DNA of 64,000 nucleotides from Lama glama (lineage: Eukaryota), in assembly GCA_028534125.1 (NCBI GenBank), contig CM052818.1:39248001-39312000 (forward strand), written 5' to 3'. The notes beneath the pieces were generated by a model that was not told the origin of the DNA, ran no database searches, and saw only the letters and a program-made list of their open reading frames with translations. The position numbers and the translations under genes are program-made. Shown piece after piece: positions 27,113-41,855 of the stretch (positions are counted from its first letter, which is position 1; the number at the start of each line of letters is the position of its first letter).

Positions 27113-28513
27113 GTTCAGGTGAATTTTAAAATGTAGATACCTTTGGCTATATAATCTATTCCACATTTGGTATTTTCAACATGCATTTATTGATCACTGA
27201 TGATACAAAGAGAAAGGTAGTCCCTCTCTACTATCCAGCAACAGTCTGAGGATGGGGATGAGACAAACAAGTGAATCAGTAACTACAATTGTAAATTTCA
27301 AGGAGACTTTTTATATAAATGAAGGTGAAACTCAGCAGTCAAAAATTTGTCAGGAAATGGGAGATGAAGTCTCGGTCAGGACCTAAGCCAGACCTGGCCG
27401 GGGCCCCCTTGTCTTTCCTGCCCCAGGACACTGGGCCTTCACAAGCTGTCCTTGGCTTTGGTGGCATCTACTCGGCATTCATTGGTTTCCCAAAAGAAAA
27501 TGGCTTTCTTTCTCCCAGGAAAACCCCTCGTGCTTGTGGGTGAGAGCTTTTCCATAAAGATACTAGTCTGTGGCAAGACTGGGTCTCAAAGCTAGCACCT
27601 GGGGTTGGGGGTTGAAGGACATACAGTAACAAGTGGTGAGTGGCCATCTTTTCATTCTGGTACAAAAGGCCTGCTTGTTCTGGGGAAATATGTCCTCTCT
27701 ATGGAAAAAAGACTGAGGGGTAGCTTGTTGTAGTCAACGGGCTGGAAAGATTATTCCATGAAAAGGCCCTTCTTGGGAAAATATTAGCCTTGTCCTGTTG
27801 CCAAAAAGTGGAGGCTAGGTAACCTGCCACAGGGGTGCTGGCCTCCTCCAACAGGCCTCCTTGGTTTCTCAGAAATGACTCCATTCATTGATTCTTCTAT
27901 CAAAACATGTCACTAGGAAAAAAGAAAAATCCAAAGAGATAGAAATGACTCCAGGAGCAAAAAGATGGAGATGCAGTTTAGCTAACATCATCTTATTTAT
28001 TGTGTTTTTCCTTTTCTTTTTACTGGTTTGTGTATAGCATGTGAGTTTATTCTCCTGGCAGATAGGAGAGCCCCTAGGGTTGCATGCAAATACATTTGAG
28101 TTTAGGAACCCATGTTGCATATTCAGAAGACAGTTACCTGCATTGCCCTCCACCATTTGCATGTTCAAACACGTATTGCTGCCCAAGAGTGAGTGGTTCC
28201 AGGCCGAGAGGAATGTCTGAGTGTGAATTCTGTTTAGACACAAACTATAGAACTCTTGCAAACTGGGTTCTGGCTGCAGTGGGACCACTAGCTCGTAGAA
28301 CTTCAGGAAGTACTTTATTGTTCTCCCTGTTTCTTGTTGGGAAGCAAAAGTCTTTTTTTCTGGTCAGGTGGATATGCTGAATAAAATATCAAATTGCCTG
28401 CCTTTTGTCAATGTTTGGCTAGGGCTCCAAATTCAAAATTCTCTTTCTCCTTTGAGAAGTCAACCGCAAGATCTATGATTTTAAATTAGTAACATTACTA
28501 GTTACTAATTTAA

Positions 28514-28846
<333 letters not shown>

Positions 28847-29490
28847 TGACTGCGACTGACGCGGGGACTCACTCTCTGGGCTGTAGACTGGCTTTATGCT
28901 TTTCTCCTCACTGCCTTTTGGCTGGTTTTCCGTTATCAACGATTTTCCTTGAGAGGGAACAGGAGAAGAAAAGTGAGATAACACATAAAACAGCCTCTGA
29001 TGGGACTTATTACTAGTTTTAGAGAGAAGGGCCAGTAGGGAAAAGGGCTAGTGTGGAAAGGGGCCCAAACTCTTGGTCCTTTTGAGGATTTGAATTTTTT
29101 TCCTGGATTTATTTCATTAAATAATTAATTAAATACAAGCTACTCTGGCCTCTGTGACTGTAGACACTCGTGGAACCTAGAAATGGAAGAAAACTTAGGG
29201 AGATTCTCACACATCGGCCATATGGGTCGTCACATACAGTCAGTGAAGAATGGGAATTAGGTCCATTTTGTAAAAATCCTAGAAAAAAGATTTTGAGAGG
29301 AAGAAAACTTAGAGATTATTTAATTCAACATACTCATTTTATAGGTTGTGAAACTGAGACCTAAGGAAGGGAAAAGAATAATCCTCGTCATGGGGCCTGG
29401 TAGTGAAGGAGCCAAGACCAGGGGTCGTCAGTTCCTAACCTCCAGCCCAGTAGTCTTCTTCTTGTGCCGGTCTGTCTTGTTTCATTAGCA

Positions 29491-29518
29491 GTGTGTGTGT
29501 GTGTGTGTGTGTATGTGT
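29491..29518. repeat. (GT)n microsatellite
   Basis: GTGTGT... tract about 70 bp upstream of MATN3 exon 4. Confidence 0.9.
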
Positions 29519-29589
29519 GGTATGGCCCATAATCATTTATTTACCACGTTTCCGATATGTTGACACTGGTCCTGATCATCTTTTGATAG

Positions 29590-29715
29590 CTATTGATAAG
29601 TGTGCTCTTAACACTCACGGGTGTGAACACATCTGTGTGAACGACAGAGCGGGCTCCTATCACTGTGAGTGCTACGAGGGTTATACCTTAAATGAAGACA
29701 GGAAAACATGTTCTG
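29590..29715 (+). CDS. MATN3: Matrilin-3 exon 4 (EGF-like 2)
   Basis: gatag|CTATTG...TTCTG|gtaag, 126 bp. Encodes [41 protein letters not shown]. Confidence 0.97.
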
Positions 29716-29964
29716 GTAAGTGGGGCAGGGGACTTTACTATTGCTTCCCTGTCTACCCGCCTCCCTAGCCAGTGTTAGGGAGGGGGGTCCATCGATGGGG
29801 AACTTGGTCTCTTTTCCTCTTTCGCCATCTTGGGCTTTTCCCACCTCTTATTAGAAACGTTAGAAACAGCAGCATGTGTGTATCATGATCCACATGTGTG
29901 AGTGTGTTGTTCATTTCCTTCTCTGTACCCAGCCCCCAACAGTCCTTTCCAGATGCTAAAGACA

Positions 29965-30600
29965 CTTTAGTAAATTAAAATCACATAACACTCCACAAGA
30001 TACTTATTACTTACAAAGGGAAAAACAGTAAGTTCATAGTGGAGAAACCTGGCAGACACCACTACAGCCAAGTGAGGAAAATTAACGTCACCAGCAATGA
30101 CACATAGTGATGTTGTGGATCCCCTGACATGATGTTCTGAGGGCCCAGCAGCGCATCTGTGGTATTCTTGCTGAAAACTCAGAATCATGAGGAAGCCTCA
30201 GACGAACCCAAGTTGAGAGACATTCTACAAAATAATTTTTCAGTAATTTTCAAAAGTGCCACTGTCATGAAAGGCAAAGAAAGGCTGAGGAAATGTCCCA
30301 GATTGGAGGAAACTAAGGAGATGTGACAACTTAATGCACTTTGTGATCCTCGACTGGATCCTGGACCAGAAAAAGGACGTTAGTGGTGGAACCATTGGCA
30401 AAACTTGAATAAGGTCTAAAGATTACTTAATAGCATTGTATCAGTGCTAATTTTCTGGTTTGATAATGACACTGTGCTTGTATAGGATGTTAACATTTGG
30501 GGAAATGGGGTGAAGTGCAGGACTTTTTGTACTATTTTTGCAACTTTTTCGTGAGCCTGAAGTGATTTCAAAATGAACAGTTCAAAGATTAAAAAATAGT
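29965..30600 (+). mobile_element. Old L1 (L1MC4-like) 3' end
   Basis: GGAGAAACCTGGCAGACACCAC...GACATTCTACAAAATAA...GGATCCTGGACCAGAAAAAGGAC...GTACTATTTTTGCAAC. Similar to the element at 57390-58530. Confidence 0.75.
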
Positions 30601-31117
30601 TTAAAAATATGTCAGTACAGAGAAAAGATCACTGAGTGGCAAGTTGGGTCTTGAGTTCTGATGCTGCGCTGAGTCAGTTGGTCTCCTTTGGACTCAGCTT
30701 CCTTATTTTTTACGAGAGAGGGTTGAGCTATGGTTTCTTCAAACTCTAGTTCGATGTCTTTCTGAATCTAGTATAATTAGCCCCACAACTGTTGGAATCC
30801 CTCAGATTCAGCATAAATACAACAAACCTACAAGGAATGCTTTACAGAGTATTTCTGAGATACTCAGATTATGAAAACTGAGTAAAAATGATTGTGAACA
30901 TGAGTTGAGGAAGATAGAAGAATAAGTATTATGTGTGTAGGATTTTGTTTTACTCAGCTAATTTCTTGGTAAGAACAAATATGACTGATGGCTTTGAATG
31001 GTTTCTAATCAGTTTCTGCTTCTGCATTTCTACCTACAAATAAGAAGATTTCTCTACATGGGTAATCAAAGACTTTTTCACGTTTAATTTCTTTTCTTCT
31101 GGACTTTCGTTTGGCAG

Positions 31118-31243
31118 CTCAGGATCAGTGTGCTCTTGGTACACATGGCTGTCAGCACATTTGTGTGAATGACAGAGCTGGATCCTACCACTGTGAATGT
31201 TATGAGGGCTACACTCTGAATGAAGATAAAAAAACATGTTCAG
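31118..31243 (+). CDS. MATN3: Matrilin-3 exon 5 (EGF-like 3)
   Basis: ggcag|CTCAGG...TTCAG|gtaaa, 126 bp. Encodes [41 protein letters not shown]. Confidence 0.97.
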
Positions 31244-32559
31244 GTAAAGTCCATTCAATAAACTCTTTCACATGTGGCTCTTTCTACTTGCAATTTACCA
31301 AGAGAAGATTCTTAAAGGTAATGTAAAGAATCGGGGCCTCAGACATTCTACCATGTTTACAGACCAAGACACAGTGCTCAGAGGGCAATGAGCTCATTAG
31401 GTTTTGCAAACATAGCTTACTTCAGAAAATTACTTGGAAATGGATAGGGAGTAGGGGATATGAGAAAAGCTAATTGAATGCAGGGTCCATATCCAGGAAA
31501 ATTTTATAGCTCTGTAAAGCAAATAGGAAACTTTAGAGGAAGTCAGTTGGACAGTAACTATTTGGTGTGATAGGCTGAAGTGATCTTTTTCCAATTAAAA
31601 CTTGGCCTGGAACTTTTCTGTAGCGTTAATCTTAAAGCTGGATCGTTTCAGTAAAGGAGACTTTGTAAACGACTGAATTAGACCCACACAGATCTTCCAG
31701 TAAGTTTGAAGCAAGTCCTTTCCTGACAGTTTCTCAATGATCAATCTTGGGTGAATCTGAGCCTTATGACTTAGTGAGGGAGCCTATGCCAGCACTGCTA
31801 ATCCTCATTAGTTTGATTTAAGCTCACTGGCAGAACAGGGTGGCATTTATAATGTAAAAACACTCCTTAGAGAAGCTCCTAGCTCTCCAAGTGGTGTTTC
31901 GTTTTAGCATATTCAATATTTTTTTAGGTTTTATGTATATTTTCTTCTCCCTTGAGGAGATATATTATATGACCTTTTCAAGAGAGATTAAAAGAAGTGG
32001 AATATCACCAAGTCTCCTTTTTTAAAAAAAATGAGATCAGTAAAAGAGTACTGAGCAGCTATTTATTCCCAGGACTGTGCTAAGCACTGTGGGGCTATAA
32101 AGTGGAAGCTTCTACCTCTGGGTGCAAAGAGAACCAGCGCCTTAAGGAAGCAGGGACTAAGTAGTCAGGGACTGGTGGTACTAAGGGCGGCAGAGGTAGG
32201 ATGTCTGGACCAGACACAGAGCGGGTGGGGCTGGAGGTGGGCCTTGGAAGGTAGGGAAAGTCTAGATGGAGAGTGGCAAGGGCAAGGGGCGTGGCTTGTG
32301 TTGGTTTGTTCAGGGGGCGGACTAAATCACCTGGATGGAGAGGCCTCATGGTCACACATCTCAAACCATCACAAATATTCCCACTTGGTACTTTAAACTG
32401 AGGCCTTTAAACAGAAGGCCTGGAAAAAGGAAACAAAAACAAATTTGGATGTAAACTAACAGATATTATGGAATAAAAATGGAACATTTTATTAAAAAAA
32501 GAAATCAAAGAAGATTTTCAGTTAATGCAGACAACTCCAGGCAACACTTCCAGGTAACA

Positions 32560-32780
32560 GGAGCTGTTAGTGCCGACTGTGTATCATGTACAGTTCTAGG
32601 CATTTTAGATGCTGTCACACATTTACTGCTCACAGAAACTTTATAAGGAAACTGAGGTACAAACAGATTAAGCAACTTGCCTGTAGTCACTTGATTGCTG
32701 AGTAGCAGAGCCAGGATTTGAATCCAGGTACTTGCTCTGGTGGTGACACATTCTCTCAAACACTAAGCCATACCGTCTCA
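32560..32780. mobile_element. MIR SINE relic
   Basis: GGAAACTGAGGTACAAACAGATTAAGCAACTTGCC...AGAGCCAGGATTTGAATCCAGG matches the MIR core. Confidence 0.75.
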
Positions 32781-33095
32781 TGGTAGAAAGCACAGGAGAG
32801 CAAAAGGAGATAGAAGAAAAAGACAAGATGGGGCAAGTTAGTATTTTTCATATTTTAAAGTAATAATGAATGCCATTCTAAAAAACTGGGGTGCATGACA
32901 TGGGCCAGATTCCCTGCAATGACCTGCCTTCCCCTTGTTGGGCGGTGGGAAGGCTTGTAAATTAAACGTGGAGCCGCAGATCGTGGGCCGGAGGCTGCAG
33001 ACTTGCATGCTTGTTATTTGCTGTACTTGTTGGGACCAAACCAAAGGTTCTTGTCTCCCAGAAGTCTGGGTTTGGTTTCCTATTGTAATCTGTGA

Positions 33096-33299
<204 letters not shown>

Positions 33300-33479
33300 T
33301 AGGAGTAAGCTTTCTTGTCTCCAACTCTGAAGCACAGTTCTGAGTCTTGCTCCTGGTCAGAATCCTCCAGTGGTTCCCAGCTATCTTCAGAATGGAATAA
33401 TTCTACTTTTCCACCAGGCATTCTTTCTTCTGTGATCTGACTTCATCATTTCTCTGTTTTTTTAAAAATACAAATTTAT

Positions 33480-34170
33480 AAATTAAATAAGCAATGATGG
33501 AAAATAACAGAATAGGGGTTGGAGGAAACTATTTCAGGTTGGGGGGCTCTCTCTGAGGAGGTGACATTTGAAATCTGAGAATTGACAGCAGGTAGGTTGA
33601 GACTGGAGGCTGGCAGGAGGAGGGGAAGCAATGCTAGGCCCTGTGTGGTGGCTTTAGTGGGGAGAGGAAGTGAAAGACCACCAGTGTGATGGAAGCATGA
33701 CCAGCCAGGAGGAATGTGGAGTAAGATAGTTTGGAGAATTAGGCAGGGCCCAGATCGTGCTGATATTCTGGGGCAAGGGAAATTCTATGAGAAATGGGAA
33801 GTCACGGAGAGTTTGAAGCAGAGGAGTGACATAATGCTGTTTATATTTTTAAAAGTCACTCTAGGTGCTGTGTGAAGAGTAGATTGCAGAGGATGGAGAG
33901 CAGAGGAAATCCAGTTTGGAGGCTATTGCAGTTGGGCTAGGACAGTGGCATTGATGACAGAAGTAAACTGATTCCAGATATGTTTTGGAGGGAGGATGAA
34001 CAGGGCTCGGTGATAAACTGGATGTTGGGGATAGAATGAGGGAGGAGTAAGGATGGCTTTCGTATTCCACTTGAGCAGCTGGGGGGATGGGGCATCTTTA
34101 TTGAGGGAAGACTGAGAGTGAAGCATATTTGGGGAAGAAAACTCAAGGGTTTTGGACTTGTGTTTTTATG
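33480..34170. mobile_element. L2 LINE relic
   Basis: Purine-rich segment with TCTGAGGAGGTGACATTTGA, GGAGGCTATTGCAG and GATTCCAGATATGTTTTGGAGG motifs typical of L2. Boundaries approximate. Confidence 0.65.
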
Positions 34171-35444
34171 CTCCTGTAGATTGTAAGCCCCAGCCCTCAA
34201 GGGCAGAATATCTCTGTATTCCTAGCGTCTACCATTATACCTAAGTTACTCAGCAGATACTTCTTCATTTGAAGTCAGGTATGGATCAGTTCTTGGGGAG
34301 GGTGACAATAAGAAGGAGCAGCTTGCTTCTAGAACTTGAATACGTCTGGGTACTGTCGCCCGACCTAAGTGTTTAATCTTCAGAAAAATCGGTCTTGGGT
34401 ATTTTTTCTTCTCCTGGAAGGTGAGGATTCCAGCATGATTTGTAGTGGTTTAGGCTCTGACCTCACTTGTTTTAGCCATTCACTTATTTATTTGTGCAGC
34501 AAGTATTCACAGAACTACTGTCATATATCAAGTACTCTGATAGGTCCCGAGGAAGGACCTGGAGATAGATTAATATTTTGTGGTTCACAGTGTACAAGTA
34601 TCACACTACTTTTGTTAAATTTATTCCTAAACATTTTATTCTTTTTGATGCTATTGTGAATGGATCCATCTCTCAAATGTCAATTGTGCAACATCCCAGT
34701 TTTCCATGGGGTGTTTTAGTGAGGATGTTACACTGAGCCTTCTCTCACAGAGCTTATAGTTTGTCAGGCAAGATACACTGGAAAAGTGTCATAGGTACCA
34801 ATTTTATACTTTGTACAGGGATGATGGGCAGGTACTTGATATTCAGTAAATACTTTGGGGTTTACTAATTAACCAATTGAGATGGGGATTTGAGCTGGCT
34901 ATCCCTGAAAGTTTCAGTAGGATTTGGACAGCTACATAGGTTATATTTAATCAAGTGAATTTGTGGTCCTCCAGCCTGATATCTTCTTTGTAGCACGTGG
35001 GAGAAAATGTAGGCGGAAAGGACTACTGCCTGTCCTCAGGCGGTACTACTACTCAGCTGGAAGATTATACGCATTTTCAGACCTGGGAAGTTACTCTTAT
35101 TTCTGTTAGGCAACTTTAGGGGCTACGATACTGAGTAGGAATAGCTGCCTCACTGAATTACAGAAAGAAATTGGGGTTAGAATTATCTTTCTCCCAGGTT
35201 CTTTGCTTGAATGTTAATAGAAACCTGAATTTTTAGTTCCAAAGTATTTATGGGTAAGAACTAGAATTCTGAGTTCAAACCATTCAGTGGAGTAAGTCTG
35301 TACAGGAAATCGGGAATTACCTAGTTTTAATCCTTAAAATATTCTAACCACACAAATAGAGGACCGTTTTCCTCATTTTCGTTTCTTACTGAGGACACAG
35401 GATCACAAGGAGATTGCCTTATCTCTGCATTCTTGGCATCTTCT

Positions 35445-35602
35445 TTTTTTTTAATTAAAAAATGTACTTATTTGGGGAGATAATTAGGTTTAGTTATGAT
35501 CAGAGGGAGGTACTAGGGATTGAACCCAGGACCTTGTGCATGCTAAGCATGTGCTCTACCACTTGAGCTATGAGCTCTACCACTTGGGCTATACCCTCCC
35601 CC
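35445..35602 (-). mobile_element. tRNA-derived SINE (vic-1-like) with internal tandem duplication
   Basis: GGGATTGAACCCAGGACCTTGTGCATGCTAAGCATGTGCTCTACCACTTGAGCTAT followed by a second GCTCTACCACTTGGGCTAT. Confidence 0.88.
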
Positions 35603-35908
35603 TGCATTACATCATCTTCTTAAACACTTACTTTATATCATGGAAAATTTTAGACAATCACAAAAGTATAGAGAACAATATAATGAACTCTCATGTTACC
35701 ATCCCCCAGCTTTGACAGTTGTAAACTTTTCCTCAGTATCTCCTAACTCAATTTCTTCTGTGATACTCAAATTCCACAGTATTTTCTCCTCTTTCTTTGT
35801 GCTCTTATATCCTTTTATCTTCTAGAGAAATGCATTTAGGTAAGTCTTAAAAATGGAAGTGCTGAATCATAGATTTCCTGATTTGCTATGATTTCTAATT
35901 AGCTGTAA

Positions 35909-37720
<1,812 letters not shown>

Positions 37721-37776
37721 TCGATGACATTTTGGAGAAGTTGCAAGCAAATGAATATGGACAAATACATCGTTAA
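37721..37776 (+). CDS. MATN3: Matrilin-3 exon 8, coding part ending in TAA
   Basis: ccac|TCGATGAC...CGTTAA. Encodes (L)DDILEKLQANEYGQIHR*. Total CDS 1449 nt, 482 aa. Confidence 0.96.
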
Positions 37777-38702
37777 CTAGCTCAATTTTGTCACCTGGAA
37801 ACATGGAGCGCTTGGTGTATTTAATAATTTGGCACACTTCAATGTTCCTGCTAATAATTTGCCATTACAAATGCTTTAATGTTACTGGATAAGTAGTGTG
37901 AGGACCTTCTGGAAAGTCAGTTTCATTTTTCTAAGGAAATAAATGTCCATATCCTTATTAAGAGCAAACTTTAGTGTCTCTAAGCTATGACTGTGAAATA
38001 GTTGGTAGTAAATAGAATGTAAAGTTTCATGTTTCTTTCTTTCTCTACTAATTGAGCCATTTAATTTTTAAATGTTTGTATTAGTAAGATAACCATACAT
38101 ACAATGGGAACTTTTGATCTATTTTTTTTCTTGACAGTATTTATAGTATAAACCAGTCTTATTATTGAGAGTGTAAATTGTACAAAGTATTTACACATAA
38201 AAAATTCATATCATTAAATTGAGATGAATATAATTTAGAACTATATCTTCAACACTTTTGGTTTTTGATCATTTTTGCTAAACTACTGCTGAAACTGTGA
38301 TCAGGGGATTATAATACACATATCTAAATATAGTTAACACACATCAAATGAACTGTTATATGCCATTTTTAATTCATTGTGATGTGAGAAAGAAACACAC
38401 AGCTAAAGACTTCAGTTGTGAATTAAGAGTATTATAACTTTTTACCAAGGACAAAAAAATCCTAAATTTACTTTATCGTTTTACTTTAGGATCCAATCAA
38501 TAACATTATGTATTTATAAATATTACTATAACAAATAACAAAACCTAATGTTTTTAAAATGTTAATGATAAGCCTAACTTTTTTCACTTATATATTTGAT
38601 ACATATAATTTTTTCAGCTTTAAAGCTTACAACTTTTAGAAGAAAACAATTCTTTAAATTGTATACTACTCATTCTTTTTTGATTTATGTTGTCTTTAGT
38701 AT

Positions 38703-38708
38703 AATAAA
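38703..38708 (+). terminator. MATN3: Candidate MATN3 polyadenylation signal (alternative at 37938)
   Basis: AATAAA at the end of an AT-rich 3' UTR with T-rich downstream sequence. Confidence 0.5.
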
Positions 38709-39957
38709 AACATCATTATCTTTATATATTATTGTCATGCTTTTTTTGGGTGACATTATCAACTTTGTCTATTAACACATTTCCTTAAATTAAGCTGAAC
38801 TAACAACTGTTTCAAATATGAAACAGTTCCTTGTCACAGGACACAATGTTGTGGCTCTTTCTACAATTTAATTTCATGCTCTTAAGATTACAAATGTAAA
38901 TTCATGTTAAATAGAAAGGCTTGAATCAAGAATCTTGTGGGAGAGGGAATACAATAAAATTACTTAAATTTAGATAAAACGATGAGGATACATTAATATA
39001 GGCACCTGAAAAGCAAATGTAACCTACAAATGTAAACCCAGGAACAGTAAAAATATCTAAATATAAACTGTAAAGAAATGAAAAATGAACACATCATGGC
39101 AGTATATATTATATGAAACATATGTTGTTATTTCTGAACACTTTTGAAAGGACCTAACACAGAGCAAGTATTATTTTCCAAACTTGTTTGAGCACAGTTA
39201 TATTAATATCTCACCAAAAAAATGGTGCTATAGGAGGGATAAATGATAGTGAATGTGCAAGAACTAGGGAAAGGAATTAAAGAGAGATGAATTTTCAAGA
39301 ATGCAACCATCAGTAGTTTCAACTAATCATGTCTTAAACTTTGACCAGTTGATTGGAATCCCCTGGCTTGGATAATAACTGCTTTTTCTCTTTGGTCCAG
39401 TATAGGGAGTCCATGAGCAGGTGTCAACACATCTTAGGAATGTACCGTTTGGTGCTGAAAAAAGATACTCACACATTTGAAAACAAATAAATAAATTATC
39501 TGAATGGGATGGGGGTTAAGTTTGGAAAGAATTACTCAGGGAGACCTGATTTGTGTGTTTGGCTAGGCACAAATGACCAAGAAGGTAGGAACATCAGAGC
39601 ATATATAAAATGGCTTTGGAAGCAGACAGGCATGGTGGGATGAAAAAAGCAATACTGGCTTGTTTAGAGTGGGGGCACCAACATGAAGACATTCTAAGAT
39701 TGAAGGAAGATCTGCTTTTAGCTGGGGTTTATATTTGATAGGAAAGGAACTAGGGCCATTGTCAACTTTTGAGTATTCTGGGTGAGGCAATAGTCTCAGG
39801 TCAAAGGATTTTAACCTTATTTGCCTGAGATGGGGAAAGCCTCTAGGTGGGGAAATTAGCTACTGCTGCATGTACAGATTATATAGATTATATACAACAG
39901 TGGTAGCTACGAATATGGTAAAAGTGAAAACGAGAGATAAAAAACAGATAAGACCAG

Positions 39958-40105
39958 AGGGGAGGATATAGCTCAAGTGGTAGAATGCATGCTTAGCATA
40001 CACAAGGTTCTGGGTTCAATTCCCAGTACCTCCTCTAAAAAGAAACAAATAAGTACACTTATCCCCCCCCCATTAAAACACTACATAAATTAAGAAAAAA
40101 AAAAA
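39958..40105 (+). mobile_element. tRNA-derived SINE (vic-1-like)
   Basis: GGGGAGGATATAGCTCAAGTGGTAGAATGCATGCTTAGCATACACAAGGTTCTGGGTTCAATTCCCAGTACC plus A-rich tail. Confidence 0.88.
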
Positions 40106-40589
40106 CAGGTGAAACTAAATAATTTCATGGGATTTTCTGCCCTATGTCTAAAACTGTGGTCTGTACCTCTCCAAGCAATCAGAAAGCACAAGGAAAATTT
40201 AAGGAAGAAATAAGGCAGAAAAAGAAGAGAAAATAGAACAGTCGATGCCAGGCAAGAAAATACCAAACACCTCAATTACTTAAAAATGGAAGGCTATGCC
40301 CAAAGTCAATCACATGCTGTAACAGCCCAAAGCTCACACAGATTCCTTTTTATAAGGACCCTTGGGTTGCAGTAACAGCTTAAACTGTTAAAAATTTCTA
40401 AAACAAACAGAACTGACACAATCTCCTACCCTCAGATTGCTCCAGGGAGTTCTCCAACCCCCAAAGGCACAAAGGAAGGTTTGCAACCTGAAAACGCACG
40501 TTTGTACCAACATTTGGCCAACGGTGCCAGCCTGCCAAACACAGTAAATGACTTTGCCCTTTCAACAACGTTGGGACTTTTCGGCTTAC

Positions 40590-41390
40590 ACAACACCCCG
40601 TCATCAGGACTTCATCTGAATGGGCGCCTTTACTCCTGAGTTGATACTAACGCCTCGGGCGAGCTCCACCGCGACCGTCCGAGGTGTGGCCGGTCCTCGG
40701 AGCCCGCCCGAACGGAGGGCGGCTGAGACGACGAGGCAGAGGGGTGAGGGCCGCTGCTCCGGCCCAGACGCAGGACAGTAAGGCCAAAACGCAAAGCTAC
40801 CAGGTCCAATTCCCATTTGGCCCCGCGACAGCGGGTCCAGCAGCCCCGAGACATCCGCGCAGGCGTAGGACGCTCCGCGATGCGGGGGCGACGCCGGAAG
40901 TGTCTCTCGGCGCCCCGGATGCGACCGGTTGCCAGGGCGACAGGAGCTTCCGAAAGCCGTTGGTACTCTAGATTGGAGACTTAGAAGTTTCTTTGTTGCT
41001 GGCTTTGACTGCTGGGCTCGTCCTCTCGGGGTTCCCAGGATGTTCTTTTACCTGAGCAAGAAAGTGAGTTTCCCGGGGTTCGCCCTCGCTCCTCCTCCGA
41101 TCTCTCGTCCTGTGGGCGATTCCCGCATCCTGCCTTAGAGGCCAGGCGTCGTGATCGCGGCTTCGCCATCCCTCCTCCCACTTTCCTGCCTGGTCCAGCC
41201 TCGGACCTCCTGCGGAGCCCCAGATAGTCCCGGTGGAGCCAGCAGCCCTCTCGCACGATTCTTTCCCATTCCCTCCCCGGGTTAGGTCCTTCTGGGGGAG
41301 CTGCAGGACCCTGCGTGCTTCCCTATCCTTCCTCCGTCACCTGTTGCTGATCCAGTTGACTTAAATTCTTTGGATTATCACGGGCCGCTG
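40590..41390 (+). promoter_or_regulatory. WDR35: WDR35 CpG-island promoter with ETS motif CCGGAAGTG (40894-40902) and RFX X-box (40928-40941)
   Basis: CpG-rich with no evident TATA box. GTTGCCAGGGCGAC matches the X-box GTTGCCATGGCAAC at 12 of 14 positions. Confidence 0.85.
41040..41063 (+). CDS. WDR35: WDR35 (IFT121) exon 1 coding part
   Basis: ATG TTC TTT TAC CTG AGC AAG AAA|gtgag, encoding MFFYLSKK. Confidence 0.95.
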
Positions 41391-41737
41391 AGCAGGAGAA
41401 AAATAGTAACAAAAAGGAAGGCAAAGTGTGTGTGCAAAGAGAATATGGATTGATAGTATAGTTTATACCTCCATTACCCCCTCCCTCCTTTAAAAAAAAA
41501 ATCCATCAGGTCACTCCCCACTTGGGTTCTTTCTCAGTCACTCACCTTGTCTTGTGTGCAGTTCATTCTCTTTCCCAAATGGCGGGGCCCGGGGCAGTTC
41601 AGGGGACTATGCTCATTTTCATAACGGCTCGCACGTCTGCAAGGCTGGCCGTTTTTCGTCTTCAGCCTTCGTCTCTGGTAGACCCATTCCTAACCCCTTC
41701 GTGAAGAGTTTTGAGAGTGGGTCTGGTTGCTTTTCAG

Positions 41738-41855
41738 ATTGCCATTCCCAATAATGTGAAGCTAAAGTGTATATCTTGGAACAAGGACCAAGGATTCATA
41801 GCATGCGGTGGTGAAGATGGATTACTGAAAGTTTTGAAATTGGAGACACAGACAG
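41738..41855 (+). CDS. WDR35: WDR35 exon 2
   Basis: ttcag|ATTGCC...GACAG|gtaaa, 118 bp. Encodes [39 protein letters not shown]. Confidence 0.97.

Noticed and set aside
39958..40035. tRNA-like sequence with A and B boxes
   Set aside because: SINE head with a tail and several dispersed copies in this window, not a tRNA gene.
40919..40984. Short ATG-initiated ORF upstream of the WDR35 start
   Set aside because: The ATG lies among core promoter motifs and is probably upstream of the transcription start. It cannot be called a uORF without start-site data.
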